Assembly (NCBI GenBank): GCA_965243135.1
Contig: OZ251539.1
Coordinates: 5,760,001 to 5,824,000, forward strand
Length of the DNA stretch: 64,000 nucleotides
Direction: 5' to 3'
Origin: Alphaproteobacteria bacterium
GTDB taxonomy: Bacteria; Pseudomonadota; Alphaproteobacteria; MPNO01; UBA830
The position numbers were made by a program, and so were the translations under genes. Below are positions 29,694 to 39,105 of the stretch, piece by piece. The notes under the pieces were generated by a model that was given only the letters and a program-made list of their open reading frames with translations, ran no database searches and was not told where the DNA came from. Every line of letters begins with the position of its first letter. The stretch's first letter is position 1.

Positions 29694-30416
29694 TCAAACG
29701 GCGAGTCGCCGCGAACCGGCCGTCCCGGCGATTCGCGTCAGCGCCGCGCGCGCTTCGTCCGGGTTGCGGACCGGCGTATCGAAGTCCAGGCGGCTCGTCC
29801 GCCGCCCGTCGCGCAGATCGACCCCTTCCGGATCGATGCCCGTCATCTTCCAGCCCCCGTCCGGGAGCCCGAGAAGCCGGGCGGCGGGCGACTCGGCCGT
29901 GCGGCCCTCCCGGGCCAGAATTTCGGCTTCCGCCCCGGCGAGGGCGTCGCCGGCGTCGAACAGCAGATCCTCGCCCGCAATCCAGGCGGTCCGGCCGAAG
30001 CCGGAAATCAGATGCGCCCGTTCCACGGCCATCGCATGGAGGCGAAAGTCCGGGAATTCCAGCCAGACCGCCGGATGGCGGGCGGCGTAGCGCATCCGCA
30101 ACGCCTCGTCCGCGGAGTTCTCGAGGCGCCCCATCACGGCGAGCCGCTTGCCCGCGAGCGGATCTTCAAGTCCTCCGGTTCCGTCGAAAAGCAGCGAGCA
30201 GCGCGAGTCGACCGCGAGATTCCGCGCGTGCTGCGCCAGATCGGAAATCAACGTCAGCGGCCGCCCGCGGTGGTCGCAGGCGGCGAGAACCAGAGATCCG
30301 TAAGGCCATCCGTCGATCGCGGTCGAAAGAACGGCGCGGTCGGAAGATCGGACGAGCCTTCGGGCCGCCCTCGCCGCGGCGGTGGAGCCGCGCGCCGTTC
30401 GCGCTCCGGGCGTCAG
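29694..30416 (-). CDS. HugZ/pyridoxamine 5'-phosphate oxidase-like protein
   Basis: Homology extends upstream of the called ORF (ARRLVR...LST...WPYGSLV...LISDLAQHARNL); GFGR and GIDPEGVDL motifs. Start uncertain (CTG at 30416). Confidence 0.8.
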   Translation of the reverse strand: MTPGARTARGSTAAARAARRLVRSSDRAVLSTAIDGWPYGSLVLAACDHRGRPLTLISDLAQHARNLAVDSRCSLLFDGTGGLEDPLAGKRLAVMGRLENSADEALRMRYAARHPAVWLEFPDFRLHAMAVERAHLISGFGRTAWIAGEDLLFDAGDALAGAEAEILAREGRTAESPAARLLGLPDGGWKMTGIDPEGVDLRDGRRTSRLDFDTPVRNPDEARAALTRIAGTAGSRRLAV

Positions 30417-31069
30417 TGGGGGGCTTGAGCCATCGCCATCATGATCGAGCGCTCGATCTCGGCGATGGCCCCGCCGACCTCGCGGCCTATCAAGTCCATC
30501 TTGCGCAGCTGCTCGATCCGCGGAGAGACGCGGTCGATTTCCTTGTCGGAAAAGATGTCGCGAAGGAGGTTGCAGGCGTCGACGAGGCAGATCATGGCGA
30601 CGTCCCTCGGATCGGGAGCGTCGTCCGACAGCAGCACGCCGGTGATTCGAAGCTTGGCTTCGCGCTCCGCGCGGCCGTCGATCGCCGGGTATCTCCGCGA
30701 CCGGAAGACCCAGAGAAACTTTTCGTCGCGGGCTTCGAGGATGCCGCGTTCGATGAGGCTGCCGAGCGCCTGTTCGCGGATCGACGCCGCCTCGGTCCGC
30801 GACAGGGTTTCCACCCAGCTCTTGGCGTCCTTGACTTCGTCGGATTTCGCGATGTGCGCGAACGCCTGGTCGAGCATTGGATTTCCGGTCGGGTTCCGGT
30901 CGAGCACCACGAGTTGCTTCGGGTCGGTATCGATGCGGTTGGCGAACGCCAGATCCATCAGCACCGCGCCCGCGAGGACGTATTCGACGGTGCTTTCGCG
31001 GACCGGGAGGAACGTTCCGTCCTCGTCGTCGAGCATCAGCAGCATGATCTCTTCGGCGAATGTCAGCAT
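30413..31069 (-). CDS. GPP34/GOLPH3 family protein
   Basis: MLTFAEEIMLL...LAGAVLMDLAFANRI...LIERGIL...FLWVF...RRYP pattern. Confidence 0.8.
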   Translation of the reverse strand: MLTFAEEIMLLMLDDEDGTFLPVRESTVEYVLAGAVLMDLAFANRIDTDPKQLVVLDRNPTGNPMLDQAFAHIAKSDEVKDAKSWVETLSRTEAASIREQALGSLIERGILEARDEKFLWVFRSRRYPAIDGRAEREAKLRITGVLLSDDAPDPRDVAMICLVDACNLLRDIFSDKEIDRVSPRIEQLRKMDLIGREVGGAIAEIERSIMMAMAQAPH

Positions 31070-31088
31070 GGGGTACGGCTCCCCTCGT

Positions 31089-31424
31089 TCAGGATTCCGC
31101 CGCGAGGGCGTCGTCGCGTGTCTTGTGGCATTCGATGATCGACATGAAGCCGCTCACCTCCATGACTGCTTCGCATTCCGGCTGGAGTTCGCAAATGACA
31201 AGCTTTCCATCGTTCTGCTGGCATTTTCTCGCGCCGATGAGCACGGAGCGCAATCCCGCGCTGCTGATGTATTCCATTCCCGCGCAGTCCAGCAACACCC
31301 GGGCGTCGCCGCGCGCCACGATTTCCGACAGCCGCGCTTCGAGATCCGGCGCGGTATAGCCGTCGACCCGGCCGGTCAACGAGACGATGACCAGCGCCCC
31401 CTGCTTCTCCTCAGCAATTTCCAT
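31089..31424 (-). CDS. STAS domain anti-sigma factor antagonist
   Basis: LTGRVD, LLDCAGMEYISSAGLR, VMEVSGF. Confidence 0.9.
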   Translation of the reverse strand: MEIAEEKQGALVIVSLTGRVDGYTAPDLEARLSEIVARGDARVLLDCAGMEYISSAGLRSVLIGARKCQQNDGKLVICELQPECEAVMEVSGFMSIIECHKTRDDALAAES

Positions 31425-32220
31425 CGGATTGCCGTTCCATCCAGATGAGCGGGCAGATTCATCCGCCACGATGGCAATAGTATAGCTCGAACCGGCGGCG
31501 GCGGCAACATGCGATTCGGCGGGCGTCATTGACGGACGATATGACCGGTCTGCGCACCAAATGACCTGTCCGGTTCCGCAAGGCTGCCGGACCAGGGAGA
31601 CAACGGACGGAACGCCTGCAGGCGCCGGGGAAGTTCGAGGAGGCGACGTTCGCGCGTCCGGGCGGCGCGACCCGCCGGAGTTCCGCGAGTTTTGCGCAGG
31701 ATCGCTTTCCCGCAGGCCCAACCGCCGCCGCCGGTCGCGCGCGGTCCAACATGTTCTCGATGCCGCCAAGCCCAGCTTGGACGACGCCCGTCCCGCCGCC
31801 GCGGCGACGGGACGAGCCGATACCGGCGCAGAACGCCGTGGACGACCCGGCCGGACGCGACGGCGTTTGCGAAACGGCCGGACCGGCGGACGGCTGCGCC
31901 TGCCGAGCCGGCGAGGACGACGCGTTATTTGGCGGGCGCGGCGAAGAGGGCGCGACGTTGCCGCCGTCTCGGCGCCGCCTCGGTCGATCGGAAAATCGCC
32001 TTCGAGGCGCAGGCGTCCACGCTCCGGCTTCCAAGCCAGCTTGTCTTGCGCGTTGCCCCACAGGGTCGTTTTCCGCGGCCGCCCGGCACTGCGCTGCGGC
32101 GCTCGGCTGCCGGACGGTCGGTTCTCCTGACGTCGTCGACGCCTCGGACCGGGTTGCGACGCAGTTCCTTGCGTCGAGGGCGAAAGGTCTTCGCGCCGGG
32201 AAACCGGCGCGGGGCCGCCG

Positions 32221-33447
32221 TCACAGCTTGCGCAAATCCTCGACGACGCGACCGTCGTCCGGAAGTTCCGCGACGAAGGCGACCTCTCCCCGGAGCTTGA
32301 GGACGGCCTGCATGGAACGCTCGATGGCGGCCTTCAGCTCGGGATCGGCATCCGTCGCGACGACCCTCAGCGTCATCCTGTCGACGTCGCCGGGATTTTC
32401 CACGACAAGGCGGGCGGAGCCGATCTCGGAATGGCGCCGGACGACATCCATTACGCCCGAGGGGTGAACGAACATGCCCCGGAACTTGACCGAATGGTCG
32501 GCCCGGCCCATCCATCCCCGAATCCGGCGGTTGGTGCGTCCGCAGGGACTTGCGCCCGGCAGATGCTGCGAGAGGTCGCCCGTGCCGTAGCGGATCAACG
32601 GGTAGGCCGGATCGAACGTGGTGACCGCGACTTCGCCGACTTCGCCCTCGGCCACCGGCGCGGTTCCGCCCGGCTCCACGAGTTCCAAAATGAGGCCCTC
32701 GTCGACGATCATGCCGTCGCGCGCTCTGCTTTCGTAGGCGATGAGGCCGGTATCGGCGGTGGCGTAGCTGTTCGCCGCGGCGATGCCCCGGGCCGCGAAC
32801 AGATCGCGCGCGGTCGGGGTCAGCGCTTCGGCGCCGACCACGGCCTTCGCGATCGAAGAGGTGTCGATGCCGAGTTCGTCTCCCTTCTCGAGCAGAATGC
32901 GCAGGAACGACGGCGTGCCGACGTAACCTTGCGGGCGAATCCGGCCGATTGCCTGGACTTGGATCTCGGTGTTGCCGACGCCGCCGGGAAAGACAATGCA
33001 ACCGATGGCGCGCGCGCCGCTCTCGAACATCGCGCCGGCAGGCGTCAGATGGTACGAAAAGGTATTGTGGACGATATCGCCGGGCCGCATTCCAACCGCC
33101 CAGAGGGCGCGGGCGAAGCGTCCGAAATCCCTTCCGTCGGTTCCGGGTTCGAAGATCAATCCAGGCGACATGAAGACGTGCGTAACGGATTCGCCGGCCG
33201 TGAGGTCGCCAAACGGCGGGTCGGCTTCCTGGGCCCGCACGATGTCCGATTTGCGCGTAACGGGAAGGCTTGCAAGCGAGTCGAGACTGCCGATCTCCTG
33301 AGGCGACACCTCCGCGAGCAATTTGCCGAAGAAACCGGTCTTCGCCTTGGCGCGCGCGAGTTGCCTCTGTAGCGAGTCGAGCTGCTGCGCCCGGCGCTTT
33401 TCCTCGTCGCGGGTCTCGAGGTCGTCGTAAAATTCGCCTGCGTTCAT
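32221..33447 (-). CDS. Phenylacetate-CoA ligase family (PaaK-like) protein
   Basis: LPVTRKSD, FSYHLTPAG, YVGTPSFL, YPLIRYGTGDLS, GRAD. Confidence 0.85.
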   Translation of the reverse strand: MNAGEFYDDLETRDEEKRRAQQLDSLQRQLARAKAKTGFFGKLLAEVSPQEIGSLDSLASLPVTRKSDIVRAQEADPPFGDLTAGESVTHVFMSPGLIFEPGTDGRDFGRFARALWAVGMRPGDIVHNTFSYHLTPAGAMFESGARAIGCIVFPGGVGNTEIQVQAIGRIRPQGYVGTPSFLRILLEKGDELGIDTSSIAKAVVGAEALTPTARDLFAARGIAAANSYATADTGLIAYESRARDGMIVDEGLILELVEPGGTAPVAEGEVGEVAVTTFDPAYPLIRYGTGDLSQHLPGASPCGRTNRRIRGWMGRADHSVKFRGMFVHPSGVMDVVRRHSEIGSARLVVENPGDVDRMTLRVVATDADPELKAAIERSMQAVLKLRGEVAFVAELPDDGRVVEDLRKL

Positions 33448-33466
33448 CGGCGTCGCCCCCTCGCCC

Positions 33467-35368
33467 CTATCTCACGATTCCCCTCGCCCGCATCGCGTCG
33501 GCGATTTCGTCTAGGATCGCCGGGTCGTCGATGGTCGCCGGCATGGCCCAATCCTCTCCGTCGGCGATCTTGCGGATCGTGCCGCGCAGGATTTTGCCCG
33601 AACGGGTCTTGGGCAGGCGCGGCACTGCGATGGCGGTCTTGAAGGCAGCTACCGGGCCGATCTTTTCCCGCACCAGGCCAACGCATTCCTTCTCGATCTC
33701 CTGCGCGGGCCGTTCGACGCCGTTGTTGAGAACGAGGAAACCGGCCGGCACCTGGCCCTTCAGGCTGTCGGCGATTCCGAGCACGGCGCATTCCGCGACG
33801 TCGGGATGGGCGGCGAGGACTTCTTCCATGCCGCCGGTGGACAACCGGTGTCCGGCGACGTTGATGATGTCGTCGGTGCGGGACATGATGTAAAGGTATC
33901 CGTCCTCGTCCACGTAGCCGGCGTCGGCCGTTTCGTAGTGATCGGGAAAGGTCGAAAGGTAACTTTCCCTGAAGCGCGCGTCGTTCCGCCAGAGAGTGGG
34001 CAGGCATCCGGGCGGCAGCGGAAGCTTGACGCAGATGGCGCCGATTTCGCCGCGCTTCGTCTCTTCGCCTTTTTCGTCCAGCACGCGCACGTCGTATCCC
34101 GGCATCGGAACGGCGGGCGAGCCGTGCTTGACGGGCAGCAATCCGAGGCCGACCGGGTTGGCGGCGATCGCCCAGCCCGTCTCCGTCTGCCACCAGTGAT
34201 CGACGACGGGCGTTCCCAGCCTGGCCTCGGCCCATTGCAGGGTGTCGGGATCGGCGCGTTCGCCGGCGAGAAAGAGCGCGCGGAACCTGGACAGGTCGTA
34301 GTCGCGAACGAGCGATCCCTGAGGATCTTCCTTCTTGATCGCCCGAAAGGCCGTCGGCGCGGTGAACAGCGAAACCACGCCATGCTCGGAGATCACGCGC
34401 CAGAACGTGCCGGCGTCGGGCGTTGCCACAGGCTTGCCCTCGAAAAGGACGGTCGTGCAGCCGTGCAACAGCGGCCCGTAGACAATGTAGGAGTGACCGA
34501 CCACCCAGCCTACGTCGGATGCGGTCCACCAGACTTCGCCCGGCCTGACCCCGTATACGTTCCACATCGACCATTTGAGCGCCGCCATGTGGCCGCCGTT
34601 GTCGCGCACGACTCCCTTGGGCCGGCCGGTGGTGCCGGAGGTGTAGAGGATGTAGAGCGGGTCGGTCGCCGCCACGTTCACGCAATCGGCCGTCCTGCTC
34701 GCCGCTTTCGCGGCTTCGACGAGTTCGGTCCAGTCCTTGTCGCGTCCCTCGATCATCGCGGCGCGCGCCTGCCGGCGCTGGAGGACGATGCAGCGCTCCG
34801 GCTTGTGGGCGCTGAATTCGATGGCCTGGTCCAGCAGCGGCTTGTATTCGACGATGCGCCCCGGCTCGATGCCGCAGGATGCGGCGAGGATCAGTTTCGG
34901 CGCTGCGTCCTCTATGCGGGCCGCCAGTTCCTTCGCGGCGAAGCCGCCGAAGACGACGGAATGGATCGCGCCGAGCCGCGCGCAGGCCAGCATGGCGACG
35001 GCCGCCTCGGGGACCATGGGCATGTAGCAGATGACCCGGTCGCCCTTGCCGACGCCCTCGTCGGCGAGCACGGCGGCGAAAGTCGCCACCTCGCGCTGCA
35101 ATTCGGCATAGGTGCAAACGGCCTTGGCGCCGGTGACCGGGCTGTCGTAGACGATCGCCGGCTGTTCTCCCCGACCGCCCGCGACATGGCGGTCGACGCA
35201 GTTGAAGCAGGTGTTGCATTCCGCGCCGACGAACCAGCGGTCGAGGCCGTTGATCCTGTCGAAGATTCGGTCGGCGGGTTTCGACCAGTCGATCCCTTCG
35301 GCGGCGCCGCGCCAGAAACCCTCCGGATCCGCTTTCCAGTCCGCGTAGATTTTGTGATAGTCGCTCAT
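33467..35368 (-). CDS. prpE: Propionyl-CoA synthetase
   Basis: YTSGTTGRPKG, SDVGWVVGHSY, DHWWQTETG, LPKTRSGKILR. Confidence 0.88.
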   Translation of the reverse strand: MSDYHKIYADWKADPEGFWRGAAEGIDWSKPADRIFDRINGLDRWFVGAECNTCFNCVDRHVAGGRGEQPAIVYDSPVTGAKAVCTYAELQREVATFAAVLADEGVGKGDRVICYMPMVPEAAVAMLACARLGAIHSVVFGGFAAKELAARIEDAAPKLILAASCGIEPGRIVEYKPLLDQAIEFSAHKPERCIVLQRRQARAAMIEGRDKDWTELVEAAKAASRTADCVNVAATDPLYILYTSGTTGRPKGVVRDNGGHMAALKWSMWNVYGVRPGEVWWTASDVGWVVGHSYIVYGPLLHGCTTVLFEGKPVATPDAGTFWRVISEHGVVSLFTAPTAFRAIKKEDPQGSLVRDYDLSRFRALFLAGERADPDTLQWAEARLGTPVVDHWWQTETGWAIAANPVGLGLLPVKHGSPAVPMPGYDVRVLDEKGEETKRGEIGAICVKLPLPPGCLPTLWRNDARFRESYLSTFPDHYETADAGYVDEDGYLYIMSRTDDIINVAGHRLSTGGMEEVLAAHPDVAECAVLGIADSLKGQVPAGFLVLNNGVERPAQEIEKECVGLVREKIGPVAAFKTAIAVPRLPKTRSGKILRGTIRKIADGEDWAMPATIDDPAILDEIADAMRARGIVR

Positions 35369-35584
35369 CCGCCCGCCTCCGTCGCGTCGGGCGGGAGCAT
35401 AGCCGGTTCGGCGAGGAAATTCGTGAGAGTTGCAACGCGAGGTGGTTGCGCCGTTCCGCTTTTTGTCTGCTGCCATCCGCTCGGCGCCTCGCGGGCAGGC
35501 CCGCAAGAGTCGCGCAGCCTCCTCGACGACCGCGCGGAAAGACGTGCATGAACGAATGCGCCGACGGCCCGGCCTCGCGACGCT

Positions 35585-35646
35585 CTATCGCCGACAGGCG
35601 GAATGCGGGAACTGCCTATCGCCGACAGGCGGAATGCGGGAGCTGC
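35585..35646. repeat. 31-bp tandem duplication (x2)
   Basis: CTATCGCCGACAGGCGGAATGCGGGA(A/G)CTGC twice, one mismatch. Confidence 0.9.
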
Positions 35647-35705
35647 CGACAGCAATTTTCCACGAAGGCGGCTGCCGAAATGTCCGAACGAGACATCGTC
35701 CGACA

Positions 35706-37244
35706 TCAGGCGGTCTCGCAATCGAACCCGACGACGTTGCGCTCCTCGCGGCTGAACTCCACCCCGATCAAGTGGACCGAGCGACCGAAATGGCGGTACT
35801 TGTCCGCGTAGCCCTTCTCCCGCAGCTGCGCGAGCGCGACCCCCTCCCGCCCGCGCTCCACCACCTTGAACTCGAACAGGTAGACGCGCCCGCCGGCGCG
35901 GATCGCCATGTCGGCGCGCCCCCGGCTGCCGCTGTCCTCGGCCACCGGCTCGAGGCCCTCCATCAGGAAGCAACTGTGGATGACGCTCGCGTAGTGGGCC
36001 TCGTACTTCGCGACGGGGCTGTTCATGTACCACTGGTGCGGGATGGCGGCGAAGATGCCGCGGAACAGGGTCGCGAGGCGCTCGAAGTCGTTCGCTTCCA
36101 GCAGTTCGCCCAGCCGCAGGTTCTCCGTCTTCTTGCGGGCCTCGGCCGGGAGCAGCTCTCCCAGCAGGGTCTCGCCCAAACTCCGGCGCACCTCGAGGTT
36201 CGGATAGTCCAGCCTGTAGCGCCCGTCCTCCTCGCCCGCGATGGTGAGGTAGCCGGTCTGGAACAGAAGCGCCTCGACCGAGATATTGTCCACGTCGACG
36301 GACGAAAGCAGGCTCTCGCTGCCGGTCATGCTGTCCAGATCCGGGGTGGGCAAGTCGCGGCGCGCCAGCGTCTCGACCAGGAAGGTCGGCGTGCCGCTCT
36401 GGAACCAGTACGGGCGGAACTCGCGTCGCCGAAACAGCAGCAGAATGTCGAACGGGTTGTAGAGCTTCTCCGGCCCGCGCCAGTTGTAGCCGTTGTACCA
36501 GCGCCGGACCTCGTCCCGGTCCAGGCCCTCGAGTTCCGGGGCGAAGACCGCGTCCAGCTCGTCGTCCGTGTAGCCGCAAATGTCCGAGAACTCCGGCTCC
36601 AGCGTGACGTCGATCAGGTTGTTCAGGCCCGAGAAAATGCCCGCCTGCGAGAATTTGCTCACCCCCGTCAGGAAAACGAAACGGAGCTGCCTGTCGCAAG
36701 CCTTGAGCGCCCCGTACAGGCTGCGCAGGAAGCGCCGGTTGGCCAACGCCAGTTCCCGGTCGCCGAGCGCGTCCAGGATAGGCTTGTCGTATTCGTCCAC
36801 CAGCACGACCGTCCGCTGCCCGGTGCGCTCGTGCAGCGTCCTTATCAGGCGCTGGAAACGGACCGACGCCCCGGCGGGGCCCGGTTCGAGACCGGCCTGC
36901 ATCTCCGCTTCTTCCAGCTGCGCTTCCACGGTTTCCCGAACCCCGTCCGGGGTGTCGAAATCGCCCACGCCGCTGAAATCCAGCCGCACGACCGGATGGC
37001 GGGCCGACCAGTCCCACTTGCCGTGCACGGCAAGGCCCCGGAACAACTCCTCGCTTCCCTCGAACATCTCCTGCAGCGTGTCCACCAGCAGGGTCTTGCC
37101 GAACCGGCGCGGACGCGACAGGAAATAGTACTTGCCGCCCTCGACAAGGCGGCGCGCATGCTCCGTCTTGTCGACGTAGTAGCAGTCCATCCCCCGGATC
37201 TCCCGGAGGGAAGAAAAGCCGATCGGAAGCATGCGTTTCGCCAT
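35706..37244 (-). CDS. AAA-ATPase-like protein with C-terminal PD-(D/E)xK nuclease (DUF1703-type)
   Basis: LPIG, YYVDKT, RPRRFGKT, VDEYDKP, WYNGY, LYNPF, GRADM...FEFK. Confidence 0.9.
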   Translation of the reverse strand: MAKRMLPIGFSSLREIRGMDCYYVDKTEHARRLVEGGKYYFLSRPRRFGKTLLVDTLQEMFEGSEELFRGLAVHGKWDWSARHPVVRLDFSGVGDFDTPDGVRETVEAQLEEAEMQAGLEPGPAGASVRFQRLIRTLHERTGQRTVVLVDEYDKPILDALGDRELALANRRFLRSLYGALKACDRQLRFVFLTGVSKFSQAGIFSGLNNLIDVTLEPEFSDICGYTDDELDAVFAPELEGLDRDEVRRWYNGYNWRGPEKLYNPFDILLLFRRREFRPYWFQSGTPTFLVETLARRDLPTPDLDSMTGSESLLSSVDVDNISVEALLFQTGYLTIAGEEDGRYRLDYPNLEVRRSLGETLLGELLPAEARKKTENLRLGELLEANDFERLATLFRGIFAAIPHQWYMNSPVAKYEAHYASVIHSCFLMEGLEPVAEDSGSRGRADMAIRAGGRVYLFEFKVVERGREGVALAQLREKGYADKYRHFGRSVHLIGVEFSREERNVVGFDCETA

Positions 37245-37323
37245 GCGGGCGGGATAGGCCGCCGCAGCGGAATTGTCAAGGAGGAGGCGATTGCAGCGCC
37301 AAGCGCTGGAGATCGGGCAGTTC

Positions 37324-37530
37324 CCAAGACAGCAAGGATTGTTCTGTTGCCGTGGGGGCCACAGTGTTGTGGGTTTGGGTGCCGATGACATTGCCCGTGC
37401 CCCTCTGGCCAGGTTTTTTGCCCGGCGCGGCCGTTTGCCGCAGGGCGGTGCCCGGGTGGCTGGCCTTGAGGTGGAATCTGCCAAAACGGTGGTCTCCGCG
37501 TGGTGAATTCGTAATTTTCCGTACCTGAAT
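37324..37530. repeat. Degenerate dispersed repeat copy upstream of the ubiquitin-like cassette
   Basis: 37465-37530 matches 8346-8411 (53/66); 37324-37445 shows weaker, gapped similarity to 18538-18690. Confidence 0.62.
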
Positions 37531-38397
37531 TCGGAGCAAAAGAAATTTCGCGTCCCTGAAGCGGTCCGTATTTGAAGACGCTACGAACAGCGCAAGAGTC
37601 TCAAACTTGGCTGTCGCGCCGCCTCCTCGACCATGCGTCCTGGGCGCAGCGGGGCGACAGGAACTCGTTCTGCAGGCGTCCTCCGGCAGGATATCAAGAG
37701 TTACGCTTCACGAACCCGATTTCAAGAAGTCCGAAGGAATGTTCGACGTTCGTACGTCCCGTTCTTGCCGACGCAGGTGCCCGCGTTTCCTTTGGATTTC
37801 GACGACAAACGACGGCGCTGGGAACTACGGAAGAAGCGTCATCGTTCCAAATCGTCGCGGACGGCGAAACGGATTCCGGTAACTTCGTCCTCGATCTTCC
37901 GCGGCAAGCCTATGGGCATCCGAGGTTAGAAAGACCCCGATGTCGGTTTCGAGGGCGACCGCCGCAGCATCGGGCCTCCCCGCGATAGGCGCGGACCGGA
38001 GGGCGACGGCCGATGCGTCCGGCGTCTCGGAAAGATGGCCGTGCGATTGGAGCGTCGAGGCGGCGGTCAATTTCATCCGCCGCCCTCGGCAATCCGGGAA
38101 GACGCCTCGCGGCTCCGGGCGGCGGTCCTTGCGTCGACCCGGATCGTCCAATGACGCCGCCTTCGCCGATCGAAGACCCCGCAGGCTGCCGCCGGGGTTT
38201 GCCGTGACGCATAGCCGCCAAATCCCGAAACGTCGCTTATGCCGGGAACGCTCCCGCCTTCGCGCAGCCCGCAGCTTTCATAGGTCGCCGTTTGCGGATT
38301 CAGCTTGCTTCCGGCGTTGATGCGGCATATATTGCCGCAGGTTGTCGGGGCAGGGCTTGGCCCGGTTCGACGCAGCGTCGGAAGAGAGGGTTCGCTC

Positions 38398-38694
38398 ATG
38401 GGCGACATTCCGGGAAACGATGAATCCGGTGCACGACCGGTGGCCAATGTGGCGGAGGTCGTGCAGATCAAGGTGAACGGGATGGTCATTAAGGTCGCCG
38501 AAACGATCATGATCCGTGAAATTCTAACGCAGGCGAAGTGGGCTGGCGCTATTCAAGGAATGATTGAAGAATACATCCTCGAAAGAGTCGAGGAAGATGG
38601 GGAATTTGGGGAATTGGGAATCGAAGAAACCGTCACGGTGACGGAGCGTGAGGAGTTTCTGGCCGTGCCGACCGGGAGGACGGAAGTTGCTTAG
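38398..38694 (+). CDS. Putative ubiquitin-like (beta-grasp) protein
   Basis: VQIKVNG...IREILTQA...YILERV...ETVTVTEREEFLAVP pattern; first gene of an E2/JAB/E1 operon. Confidence 0.65.
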   Translation: MGDIPGNDESGARPVANVAEVVQIKVNGMVIKVAETIMIREILTQAKWAGAIQGMIEEYILERVEEDGEFGELGIEETVTVTEREEFLAVPTGRTEVA

Positions 38695-38718
38695 TTGATG
38701 CGCGGCCGGAGAGATATC

Positions 38719-39105
38719 ATGGATGCTGATCAGCAGATCGTTGGCGAGTTGCAGGGGTTGGGGTACCGTCCTCAGGTCGTAGATGGCGATACGCCTGGCG
38801 GCAGGCAGAAAGTGGTTATATTTCCCTATCGCATTCATACAGGTCGATTCAAGGGCGAGACGCGAACCGTCGGCATATCCACGGATTGCGAGGCGGTCGG
38901 CTATCCAGAAGTGCCGCCCCATTGGATATTTATCAGCCCTCCGATAACGGATACGCGGGATGGCGGTCATCATGGCGTAAACAGTTTCGCAGGAAGGAAA
39001 TGGGTTGTACTGAGTCGTCCTCCGGGCGGGTTTTGGGACAGAGTTCAACGCAAAGGAATGAGAGCCTACCTGGAACACCTGTCAAAAGTGTGCGCCCGTA
39101 TATGA
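38719..39105 (+). CDS. Prokaryotic E2/UBC-like protein
   Basis: YPEVPPHWI and W..LSRP motifs, C-terminal YLEHL helix; ATGA-coupled to the JAB-E1 gene. Confidence 0.65.
   Translation: MDADQQIVGELQGLGYRPQVVDGDTPGGRQKVVIFPYRIHTGRFKGETRTVGISTDCEAVGYPEVPPHWIFISPPITDTRDGGHHGVNSFAGRKWVVLSRPPGGFWDRVQRKGMRAYLEHLSKVCARI

Noticed and set aside
31450-32220. ORFs between the STAS and PaaK-like genes
   Set aside because: Low-complexity translations in all frames; no support for a specific product.
35585-35646. CRISPR array
   Set aside because: Only two adjacent copies, no spacer, no cas genes.
37560-38300. Short ORFs upstream of the Ubl gene
   Set aside because: No recognisable motifs; possibly decayed coding sequence but cannot be assigned.
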